From contig JBEPZY010000001.1 in assembly GCA_041640595.1 (NCBI GenBank), positions 768,001-832,000 on the forward strand: a DNA stretch of 64,000 nt, written 5' to 3'. This stretch comes from Gemmatales bacterium (lineage in GTDB: Bacteria > Planctomycetota > Planctomycetia > Gemmatales > HRBIN36). Positions 30,528 through 38,822 of the stretch are shown piece after piece. The position numbers were made by a program, and so were the translations under genes. Position 1 is the stretch's first letter, and every line of letters begins with the position of its first letter. A model generated the notes under the pieces. That model saw only the letters and a program-made list of their open reading frames with translations. It was not told where the DNA came from and did no database searches.

Positions 30528-30649
30528 GTAAATTATGAGCTCCTCGCCATTCTAATCGCACGGACGAAAGCTCGCAAACCGCGAGGTAAATTCGTCTCCA
30601 CCCACGTGCTGATTCGTTTATGTTGGCGCCCCGACTGCCAGAATGTACG

Positions 30650-31786
30650 CTACGTTCCCCCAGCGCTTCCCGCACTGGTAAAAGATGACACCAGATTTCG
30701 CACCATCGGGTCCAGATAATGCGTAGCCAGGGTCAGCAAACCGACGGTAAGCACGACGCTCCCGATGATCGTCCAGATTAGCCGCGGTCGAAAGACGCGA
30801 GTGTACATCAGGTACAGCTTCAAATCCAGCATAGGGCCCAGCACCAGGAAAGCGAGTTTTCCACCCAAAGGAATGGCGATCAGGTTGGCAGCAACAAATG
30901 CGTCCGCCTCGCTGCACAGGCAAAGAAGCACGGCCAGAAGCATCATCGCCGGCACAGCCAGGGCAGGGGAGTTCTTCAGCATCGGCGCGTAACTGAGTAA
31001 ATCGGCGCTCTGCACAATGGCCGCCAGCGTTGCACCCAGAATCAGGAAGCAGGTGATCTCCAGGAAATCGTGGATGGCGATCTCGGCGATGTTGACCAGT
31101 CGGAACCAGATGCGCCAGGTCAGTGTAGTCCGCGGCATGGTGCCATGTTCATGAGGATGGGAGTGGCTATGGTGCTCGCCAAGCTCTTTTGCCGCAGTGT
31201 GAGCGCTCGGGGATTCGATAACTTCCAGACCGATGGTACCGGGTGGATCGTGTGCTGGATTGTTGCCATATTCCCGACTGTTTCGGTTCATGTTGACGCC
31301 GCGGATTGGTAATAGCAGGGCATCCAGCCCATAACGGCGGTCAGCCCAGTGAACCACGTGCGCTACAGTGAAGGCAGTTAGAAAAGCCAAACCCACGCGC
31401 AGGCTCACCATTTGCAGCGAGGTCAAGCCGTCCAGACCGCTGCGATCACCGGAAAAGGCCGCCCAGGTGCTGGCCATCACTACCGGATTGATTACCGGAG
31501 CAGCCAGCATGTAAGCAATCGCACAGCTGAGCGGGAGTCCCTTACGCAACAGCCGACGCATGACCGGCACGATCCCGCATTCGCACATCGGGAAAATCAG
31601 ACCAAGCAAAGCGCTCACCGCCACCGCCACAGTTCGACGCCGGGGCAGCAACCTTGTAATGGTCCCCTGCGGCAAAAGTTCCTCCAAAGCACCGGAAATT
31701 ACCGCTCCCAATGCGATAAAAGGCAATGCTTCGAAAAAAATGCTGATGAAAATGACAAGAAATCGCTCCACCGCGTTTTCGGTCAT
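30650..31786 (-). CDS. Predicted permease, DUF318/ArsP_1 (YcgR)-like
   Basis: EALPFIALG, FPMCECGIVP, AAPVINP, LCLCSEADAF, GPMLDLK, with a His-rich central loop HHSHSHPHEH. Confidence 0.9.
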   Translation of the reverse strand: MTENAVERFLVIFISIFFEALPFIALGAVISGALEELLPQGTITRLLPRRRTVAVAVSALLGLIFPMCECGIVPVMRRLLRKGLPLSCAIAYMLAAPVINPVVMASTWAAFSGDRSGLDGLTSLQMVSLRVGLAFLTAFTVAHVVHWADRRYGLDALLLPIRGVNMNRNSREYGNNPAHDPPGTIGLEVIESPSAHTAAKELGEHHSHSHPHEHGTMPRTTLTWRIWFRLVNIAEIAIHDFLEITCFLILGATLAAIVQSADLLSYAPMLKNSPALAVPAMMLLAVLLCLCSEADAFVAANLIAIPLGGKLAFLVLGPMLDLKLYLMYTRVFRPRLIWTIIGSVVLTVGLLTLATHYLDPMVRNLVSSFTSAGSAGGT

Positions 31787-31931
31787 TGCAAGTCAAGCTC
31801 CCGGCTTGTCGGATAGGTCGTTTGCGATGGTTGGTCGCATCGCAATTCGACAGCCCTGCGCCTCTGGATAGTCTCCACCTGCACCAGGCCGCGGAGAGAC
31901 GCCCCTTTCAAAAAGCGATAGCAAGCAGCGG

Positions 31932-32978
31932 CTAGTGAGTCAGTGGCACAACCGGACGCGGTCCCCGGAGCCATTTTCCTATCAGCATGGACGTAAAAAA
32001 GAGGACGACACCCACCACGACCATGATGCCGCCCGATCCCAGTGCCAGACGCACCTGGCCGATCTCCAGCACCAGAGTGTAGCTGAGCCAGGTTCCGCCC
32101 GGCCCGGCCAGGAGAGCTACCCCAATCGCAATCCAGAAATACTGCCGAAGGTTCCTGGCCAGGTTGAGGGACGTGGCTGCGGGAAATATCAGCATGGCGT
32201 TGATCAGTAATGCCCCCACGACTTTCACGCAATAGTTCACGACAAACGCCAGCAGGACGATGAACAAATACTGTGCCAGCCGCACCGATATACCACGGGC
32301 ATGCGCCAGGCTGGGATTAAAGCTGATGAACACCAGCGGATTGTAAAGCCACCACAAAAACAATCCCAGCCCAACCAGAAGCAAACAGAAATGCACCAGG
32401 TCGAGACCGGAAACGGCCAGGGGCTCGCCGAAAAGAAAATTCTCCGGACTGAAGCCGCGAACACGAGCAGCACTGATGCCTTTGATGAGCACCGCCCCCA
32501 GGCCCATGGCTCCAGCAAAAAAGACGCCGATCACGGTATCGTTAGCCAGTGCGGTTTTTTCCCGCACCGCGGCAATGCCTAGCCCAACCGCCGCTCCTAA
32601 CAGTGTCATGACCGTCAAAATCCCTTCCTCGCCGCTGATCCAGCCGAGCAGGTTCATAATCAAGCCCAGCGACACGCCGGCAATAGCGCAGTGGGCCAGG
32701 GCATCGCTGAAAAACGCCATGCGATTGCTGATCACCAGCGCACTGGCGGCCCCACAAGTCAGACTCACCAGCGTCACCCCGAGCAAACCCTTCACCTGAG
32801 CCGGATGACTGGCCAGGGCTTCCAGACCGTAGCGGGCCTGTGACCAGTCGCGCAGCGCCAGCACCAGATCGTCCACGGTCTGCCCCAGCGCTGACATCCA
32901 GCCCAGATGGGCGCCGAAGCATGTGGCTCCAATAATCAAAAGCAGCGCGATTAGACTGAGCCAGGCGCGAATTCGCAT
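31932..32978 (-). CDS. Mn/Zn ABC transporter permease (ABC-3, ZnuB-like)
   Basis: RMAFFSDALAH, NFLFGE, KVVGALLINAMLIFPAA. The ORF-track extension to 33788 overlaps the antisense DUF1080 gene and is spurious; likely start about 32978. Confidence 0.88.
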   Translation of the reverse strand: MRIRAWLSLIALLLIIGATCFGAHLGWMSALGQTVDDLVLALRDWSQARYGLEALASHPAQVKGLLGVTLVSLTCGAASALVISNRMAFFSDALAHCAIAGVSLGLIMNLLGWISGEEGILTVMTLLGAAVGLGIAAVREKTALANDTVIGVFFAGAMGLGAVLIKGISAARVRGFSPENFLFGEPLAVSGLDLVHFCLLLVGLGLFLWWLYNPLVFISFNPSLAHARGISVRLAQYLFIVLLAFVVNYCVKVVGALLINAMLIFPAATSLNLARNLRQYFWIAIGVALLAGPGGTWLSYTLVLEIGQVRLALGSGGIMVVVGVVLFFTSMLIGKWLRGPRPVVPLTH

Positions 32979-33087
32979 GTGTGTCAGGAGGCTTGCCAGT
33001 TTCTCTTTGTTCGTCTCGTACCCTTGTTGCAGCAGAGGGGCTCTAGTTGCTGGTTCGCAGGCTGTGGATTGCTTTTCAGGGGAAAAG

Positions 33088-33116
33088 CTGCCAACCGACA
33101 CTGGCTTTGTTATGAT
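33088..33116 (+). promoter_or_regulatory. Putative sigma70 promoter of the DUF1080 gene
   Basis: CTGCCA-17 nt-TATGAT, with an extended -10 TG. Confidence 0.5.
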
Positions 33117-33182
33117 ACGTACTGCGAGCGAGAAATGCTCATTGCCCGCCTGAGCAATTTTCCAACCACAGGAGGTCCCACC

Positions 33183-33884
33183 ATGCAGCAATGCCCGCGG
33201 AACTGGTTCGTTGTTTTCGTACTTGCTCTGCCACTGCTGCTCCAGTCGAATTCGTACCTGGCAAAGCAGGCCGATGCCGATCAACCTGGCAAAAGTGCTC
33301 TCGAAACCGATCCGCAAGGCTGGAAAGATATCCTTCCTGGGAAGAACCTGGAAGGCTGGCATCGTGTACCGGTTCCGGCAGGAGGCAAACTCAGCACGAA
33401 AAATCCCTGGCACGTGGATGAAACCCGCAAGGTACTGATTTGCGACGGCGTGGGGGTACATGAGAATCTGCAATACCAGCGGGAACTGACTAACTTCATT
33501 TTTCACGTCGAATGGCGGTTTGTCCCAGTCGAAGGGAAGAAGGGTTATAACAGCGGCGTTTATGTGCGAAACTCGCCGGATGGTAGCATCTGGCATCAGG
33601 CTCAGGTCGGCGACCGAAATGTTGGTTTCCTTTTCGGCGATACCCTGGCCGGCGGCAAGAAAGTTCGTTTTCGTGTCGGCGATACAAAGCCGCAACGTGG
33701 CAAACCGGCCGGCGAATGGAACGTTTACGAAATCACCTGCCGCGGTCCGGAGATCATTCTCTGGATCAACGGTTACGTTACCGCTCACTGGAAAGAGTGT
33801 CAGGTAGCCCGCGGCGAAATCGGACTGGAAGCCGAAGGCTGGCTCATCGAGTTTCGCAATTTACAGCTGAAAGAGCTTCCCTGA
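33183..33884 (+). CDS. Secreted DUF1080 (3-keto-glycoside hydrolase-like) protein
   Basis: GGAGGT RBS and signal peptide. GKNLEGW, FHVEWRF, YNSGVYVR, KPAGEWNVYEI, GEIGLEAEG, EFRNLQLKEL. Confidence 0.9.
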   Translation: MQQCPRNWFVVFVLALPLLLQSNSYLAKQADADQPGKSALETDPQGWKDILPGKNLEGWHRVPVPAGGKLSTKNPWHVDETRKVLICDGVGVHENLQYQRELTNFIFHVEWRFVPVEGKKGYNSGVYVRNSPDGSIWHQAQVGDRNVGFLFGDTLAGGKKVRFRVGDTKPQRGKPAGEWNVYEITCRGPEIILWINGYVTAHWKECQVARGEIGLEAEGWLIEFRNLQLKELP

Positions 33885-33889
33885 AAACC

Positions 33890-35392
33890 TCAGGAGCACA
33901 ACACACAGCTGTTCACCAGTCGTGATGCGCTGACGTACATCAGTTCCAGCGCGTCCTCGGCTTCCTGCGGCGTAATGACCAGCGGCGGGGCAATGCGTAT
34001 CACTTTTTTCGCCAGGGGACCGAGCAGGTGGATGCCGGTCTCACCGTTGCCGCGATAGCACTCCAGAACAAAGTCGCTCGCCCAATCGGCAGCGCTGCGA
34101 CCGCCCCAGTCCCACATTTCTATCCCCCAGACCATGCCGCCAGCCTCCCCGCGGACGTAACCAACGAATGGCAGGTCTTTCAATCGGACAAGCCCCGCCT
34201 CGATGATCGGCGAAACCTCCCGCACGTTGTCCAGCACTGGCTGACAGGCATAACAATCCAGCGTGGCCAGAACCCCGGCGCAGGTGAGTGGGTTGCCGCT
34301 ATATGTATCCGAACCCTCGCCGTAATCGAGTGCAGCAAACAGGTCGGCTCGCCCAACTACCGCCGCGCCAGGCACACCGTTCGCCAGACCCTTGCCCAGC
34401 ACCACCATGTCCGGCTCGATTCCGTAGTGCTCGAAAGCAAACCATTTCCCCGTCCGGCCAAAAGCCGACTGCACTTCATCCAGGATCAGCACCCAATCAT
34501 GCTCGCGGCAATAACGCTGCAACAATTGCAAATAGGCTTTCGGGGGATGGTAAGAGCCACCGCCACCAAGATACGGTTCCGTAATCACCGCGGTGATCCG
34601 CCGACCATACTGCGCCAGTAAACTGTCCAGCTCGCGTTGGTAAGGAGTCGCGTCAAACGGATGATCCCGCATGGTCACATCGCGGCACTCTTCCATAGGG
34701 AAGCTGATAAAGCGAACACGTGGATCGCGCTCACGGTCGGTTTCGCAACCGGTGGTAGCGCCGGCCAGACCCTTCTTGCCATGAAAGCCATATCGGGTAG
34801 CCAGGATGATGTCGCGCTGCCGATCGCGAGCTAAAGCAGCCCATAACGCTTTGATAACCGCCTCGGACCCAGAAGCGGCCCACAACACCTGTTCGAGCCG
34901 CTTTCCGCCGGGTCGGCTACGCACCAACTCCACCAGTCGCCGGCTTGCTTCCGCTTCTAATTCGGTCAGGGCGTTGTAACTGGTCAGCGGCACCGCTACG
35001 GCAAATGGTTGATTAGCCTGCTGGGCCCCCGGAAAAGAACTGCCTGGGGCGCTACCGTTCGCAATTTCCCGCCACGCTGAAGACCAGCCCAGGTAATGCC
35101 AGAACCGTTCCAGCCACAACTGCGGATTGTGTCCCAGATTGGCAACCAGCACGCCGGAAGTGAAATCGTAAAGCCGCCGACCGTCCGGCGTCCAGTGAAA
35201 AATGCCGGCACTCCTAGCCAGCACCGCTTGCGTCGGCGTGTAGGTTCGTTGCGTCCGGGGTTCCAACTGCTGCAGGATAGCGCGAACCGCATTGCCCCGG
35301 GGTTCGCCAGAATGCTGGATAGCCGATGCCTGATGCCAATCCACGCGAATGGGCGGTAATCCCACTAATTCGCCGTTACACTCGCGGTTCAT
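33890..35392 (-). CDS. Class III PLP-dependent aminotransferase, substrate unknown
   Basis: GGAGGTG RBS. YDFTSGVLVANLGH, ASGSEA, GFHGK, LDEVQSAFGRTG, LGKGLANG, IRIAPPL. Overlaps the upstream gene by 17 nt. Confidence 0.9.
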   Translation of the reverse strand: MNRECNGELVGLPPIRVDWHQASAIQHSGEPRGNAVRAILQQLEPRTQRTYTPTQAVLARSAGIFHWTPDGRRLYDFTSGVLVANLGHNPQLWLERFWHYLGWSSAWREIANGSAPGSSFPGAQQANQPFAVAVPLTSYNALTELEAEASRRLVELVRSRPGGKRLEQVLWAASGSEAVIKALWAALARDRQRDIILATRYGFHGKKGLAGATTGCETDRERDPRVRFISFPMEECRDVTMRDHPFDATPYQRELDSLLAQYGRRITAVITEPYLGGGGSYHPPKAYLQLLQRYCREHDWVLILDEVQSAFGRTGKWFAFEHYGIEPDMVVLGKGLANGVPGAAVVGRADLFAALDYGEGSDTYSGNPLTCAGVLATLDCYACQPVLDNVREVSPIIEAGLVRLKDLPFVGYVRGEAGGMVWGIEMWDWGGRSAADWASDFVLECYRGNGETGIHLLGPLAKKVIRIAPPLVITPQEAEDALELMYVSASRLVNSCVLCS

Positions 35393-36665
35393 AAAGCACC
35401 TCCAGTTCTGACTGACCCGGACTGGCCAGCACCAGGCCACCGCGGGGATGATTCACCCAGACTACCGCATCCGGTTCGCCCTGAACATGTCGCTGCAGGA
35501 TCGCCTCCAGCGCATGTACCACAGCCACGGTATGGCGGTCGGCGGACAGGTCGTTGTAAGCCAGCGCTCGCATCTGTTGCAATCGTTCCGTTCGTTGGCT
35601 CTTAGGTCCGCCAAATTCCACGTAAGCCACTTCCTCAAAGAATCGCTCAATTGCTTCCAGACCATAACCGCGCTGTGTGCGTTCGCCCCACGGTTCGAGA
35701 AAGCATGCGTTGTAATGGTGATTGGGCGTGATTTTGAACTCGTGTGGCGTTCTTCCTTCGATGGTTACTTCCACACCGCGTTTACGCTGATGGGCGTTCC
35801 AAACCGCGTTATCGAAACGAAACTGCACCTCTTGCTCGACATATCCGGGGAAATTATCAGGCGTAACCCAGCTGGTATGGATATCGAATGCTGCCTCTCG
35901 CCCGTCGGGATAAACGTAGATGATTCGCAGTTGCACCGAATCCCAGGTCGGTCCGTTCGGCTCAGCAACGATGCCACGCTGCCCGGTCGCCGTGATCCTC
36001 GCCAATCTCGCTGCTGTCCCATGGAAAAACGTGAAATCAATCAGCTTCACGTAATGCACCGCAACATAGCTTCCCGGATTGCGACCGTGAATCCACTCGG
36101 CGAACTGCGCTGTTCCGATTTGCTTTGGCTCCAACAGGGAACAATAGCCGTGATTGACGTGGCGAAGGACCTTGTCGGCCACAAGCGTTCGCAAACGTTT
36201 ATGGTCGGGATCGAACAACTTGTGATAGACGACTTTGGCCAGGACGCCGTTTTCCTTGGCCAAGTTCAACAGGTCATCGAGTTCCTGCATCCGCAACACG
36301 GAAGGCTTTTCGATGAGCACGTGTTTGCCGGCAGCCAGGGCCAATCGTGCCGCCTGGTAGTGCCGGTCATCGGGAGTAGCGACGCAGACAACATCCACGC
36401 CGACTTCCAAAAGCTTTTTGACCGCGTCCGGTTCGGTCACGCTCACGAACGGGGCAATACGATCGGCAGCCTGTTGACGATACTTTTCTGCCCGCCTGCC
36501 AGTTTTGCTGGCTACCGCGGCCAATTCAACAGCAACTCGCCCTGTTTCGGGTGTCCAGAGTCCACGCCGGTGCAATTTTTCCAGGGTCGGGCGATAGGTT
36601 TCGTCGAAAATCATGCCCATCCCGACCATCCCGACACGCAAGAGCCGTTCGGGCTCCCCAGGCAT
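35376..36665 (-). CDS. Gfo/Idh/MocA family oxidoreductase
   Basis: VGMVGMG Rossmann motif, VATPDDRH, GKHVLIEKPS. Confidence 0.9.
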   Translation of the reverse strand: MPGEPERLLRVGMVGMGMIFDETYRPTLEKLHRRGLWTPETGRVAVELAAVASKTGRRAEKYRQQAADRIAPFVSVTEPDAVKKLLEVGVDVVCVATPDDRHYQAARLALAAGKHVLIEKPSVLRMQELDDLLNLAKENGVLAKVVYHKLFDPDHKRLRTLVADKVLRHVNHGYCSLLEPKQIGTAQFAEWIHGRNPGSYVAVHYVKLIDFTFFHGTAARLARITATGQRGIVAEPNGPTWDSVQLRIIYVYPDGREAAFDIHTSWVTPDNFPGYVEQEVQFRFDNAVWNAHQRKRGVEVTIEGRTPHEFKITPNHHYNACFLEPWGERTQRGYGLEAIERFFEEVAYVEFGGPKSQRTERLQQMRALAYNDLSADRHTVAVVHALEAILQRHVQGEPDAVVWVNHPRGGLVLASPGQSELEVLYEPRV

Positions 36666-36715
36666 ATTTCATCTCCCGAATCCTCTTCGCCCTCAGCCAG
36701 GCGTGCTCAGGCATA

Positions 36716-37084
36716 TTATGGCAGCCAGTAAATGACGATGGTGAGAAGCAGGGCAGTCAGCAACGATTGTACGACAATCCGTAGGGTCCGCCTGCGGGCA
36801 TCCGCAACCGCCTGGACGTCGGTTTGCACAACTTCGCCATTATCCCAATTGCACGTCCCGCGTGCAGCCATGACGACTCAGGTCGAACCCCGCGCTTCCA
36901 ACCAAGCCAGAAGCCAGAACCAGATCGGCAGAAATAATGCCAGGCGCCAGATTCGCTCGACCTGCAACGCGATCAGCACGACGTAAAGGCCAAGGGCGAC
37001 AACCAGACTCAGCGAGCCAATCACCAGTCGCTTACGCCGTTCGCGCGGCCCAATGTTGCCATCACATACCGGAGCTTCACTCAT
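36716..37084 (-). CDS. Probable selenoprotein: 122-aa three-TM membrane protein with in-frame TGA at codon 69 (YgaP/DUF2892-like pattern)
   Basis: The 68-aa ORF ends ...LEARGST at TGA (36878-36880). The frame continues VVMAARGTCNWDNGEVVQTDVQAVADARRRTLRIVVQSLLTALLLTIVIYWLP to TAA (36716-36718). A SECIS-like hairpin starts 11 nt after the TGA. Confidence 0.7.
36850..36866 (-). promoter_or_regulatory. Candidate bacterial SECIS element
   Basis: The mRNA reads UGA-GUCGUCAUGGC-UGCACG-CGGGA-CGUGCA: an 11-nt spacer, a perfect 6-bp stem and a 5-nt loop with G at position 2. Confidence 0.65.
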
Positions 37085-37360
37085 GCTTCATCCCGTCCTT
37101 TCCACCCGTTGCCGCTTACGTTGTACGGAATCCAAACCGACTCGACACGCCCAACAGTCGCGCGATCCCTCTCAGCAATGTCCTCGAATCCTCCAAGCGA
37201 TACGTTGACCATCTCGGTCGGACGTGCTGGCAGCCGGAACAGCAACCCTGACTGGAGCCCTTCGCCGATTCGGCTGTCACGTGAGCCTGGAATGCGCTCG
37301 GTTTCACTTCCGGGGTTCGAACAACAAACCACGGATTTTCCTGGGTTTTTACAGTAGCGT

Positions 37361-37478
37361 AATTGAACATAAGAGCGGTTATCGGAAGTTGTGGAAGAAC
37401 ACTGGGAATGGCCGGCGATCGAACGGAATCCGCTGGCCGCCCGAAAACAACTTCCGATAACTGCCGTTATGTTCGATT
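37361..37478. repeat. 32-bp imperfect inverted repeat forming a long hairpin (ncRNA or MITE-like)
   Basis: AATTGAACATAAGAGCGGTTATCGGAAGTTGT (37361-37392) versus ACAACTTCCGATAACTGCCGTTATGTTCGATT (37447-37478): 28/32 Watson-Crick pairs. Inner stem GGCCGGCG/CGCTGGCC. Confidence 0.8.
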
Positions 37479-37552
37479 AGCACGCGTACCAAAATCTAGC
37501 TGAGCATCGGGCCGAACCATACATCACCGCGACGATTTCGCCAGGACGCGGT

Positions 37553-38662
37553 TCAATGCTGGGAGTCGGAATTGCTGTTTTCGGTCGCCTCAGCAGATTC
37601 GTCCAGGGTCAGGTTGGCGGAAGGAGCGTCTGCCGAATCGTGGGTAGCTGAAGCATTGCTCGACCCGGCCTGACCGGTCTGGTTGCTGGTTGCAGTTACG
37701 CCGCGCAGAAAGACTCCCATGCGACGAAACTTTTCATACCGCCGCTGCAACAGGACATCGGTGGGAACATCCCGCAGCTCTCGCAGGTAACGAAGCAGGT
37801 AAGTCTTCAGTGTGTTAGCCATGCTTCGTGGGTCGCGGTGAGCGCCGCCGAGTGGTTCGGGAATCACATCATCGAGCACGCCCAGGCGTTGCAGGTCGCG
37901 AGCGGTGAGTTTCAATGCGTCGGCAGCACGGGCCTTGGTTTCATCGGTAGCTTCTTTCCACAGAATGCCTGCACAACCTTCGGGGCTGATTACCGAATAA
38001 TAGGCGAACTCGAGCATGGCCAGTTTGTCGCCCACACCGATTCCCAAAGCGCCACCGGAACCGCCTTCGCCTATAACCACGCAAATAATCGGCGTGGGAA
38101 GGCGCGACATCTCGAGCAAATTCTCGGCGATCAGATAAGCCTGGCCCCGCTCCTCTGCTCCGATGCCTGGATAGGCTCCGGGCGTGTCTATCAAAGAAAC
38201 GATGGGGATGCGAAATTTGGCAGCCAGTTTCATTTTCTTAATCGCCTTGCGATATCCTTCGGGATGGGCACAACCATAAAAACACTGCTGCCGTTCCTGC
38301 AACGTTCGCCCCTTTTGATGGCCGATGAGCATGACCTTGTAATCCCCGATACGGGCAAAACCGGTGCGAATAGCGCGGTCATCGCCGAAAGCCCGGTCGC
38401 CATGCAGTTCGACAAAATCTTCCGCAATAGCTTCGACGTAGTCGAGAAACTGAGGCCGTTCCGGATGACGAGCCACCAGCACGGTTTCCCAGGCGGAAAG
38501 ATTGCTATAAATCTTTCGTTTCAGATTGGTGAGTTCCCGACGAACCCGTTGCAACTCTTCGGCACTGGCCAGCTTTTTCTCGACGTCGGCCTCCAGCCGT
38601 GCCAGCACCTCTTCCAGTTCGTAAATTTCCTTTTCGAATGGCAGACGATAGGTCGTGGCCAT
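37553..38662 (-). CDS. accA: Acetyl-CoA carboxylase carboxyltransferase alpha subunit
   Basis: ELHGDR, PEGYRKA, IDTPGAYPG, GEGGSGGAL, YSVISPEGCA, EPLGGAHRD. Low-complexity C-terminal tail. Confidence 0.97.
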   Translation of the reverse strand: MATTYRLPFEKEIYELEEVLARLEADVEKKLASAEELQRVRRELTNLKRKIYSNLSAWETVLVARHPERPQFLDYVEAIAEDFVELHGDRAFGDDRAIRTGFARIGDYKVMLIGHQKGRTLQERQQCFYGCAHPEGYRKAIKKMKLAAKFRIPIVSLIDTPGAYPGIGAEERGQAYLIAENLLEMSRLPTPIICVVIGEGGSGGALGIGVGDKLAMLEFAYYSVISPEGCAGILWKEATDETKARAADALKLTARDLQRLGVLDDVIPEPLGGAHRDPRSMANTLKTYLLRYLRELRDVPTDVLLQRRYEKFRRMGVFLRGVTATSNQTGQAGSSNASATHDSADAPSANLTLDESAEATENSNSDSQH

Positions 38663-38822
38663 GGATTGACTCGCGATTTTGACAAATTGGGACGGCTAGC
38701 AGGTCGGTTTCATGCCAGAAATGGACAGGCCCAAATTTCAATCAGACGCAACAGTGAGTTTAGCAAAAGCGTCAGGCGCTGCCAGTGCCGTTCGGGCGCA
38801 GGCAGGATAGGCCCTGGTCTCT

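Noticed and set aside
32979..33788. 618-aa version of the ABC-3 permease with a long N-terminal extension
   Set aside because: The extension is the antisense of a clear DUF1080 gene, and hydrophobic permease sequence only begins near 32978.
36716..36871. Separate 51-aa gene starting at ATG 36871 (MAARGTCNW...)
   Set aside because: It has no RBS, is in the same frame two codons after the TGA, and the hairpin would cover its start. Read-through or a nonsense mutation is more parsimonious, though this is not fully excluded.
37116..37370. 84-aa ORF containing GCCSGC upstream of the candidate selenoprotein
   Set aside because: There is no RBS, the start lies within an inverted-repeat arm, no family is recognisable, and equally weak ORFs exist in other frames.
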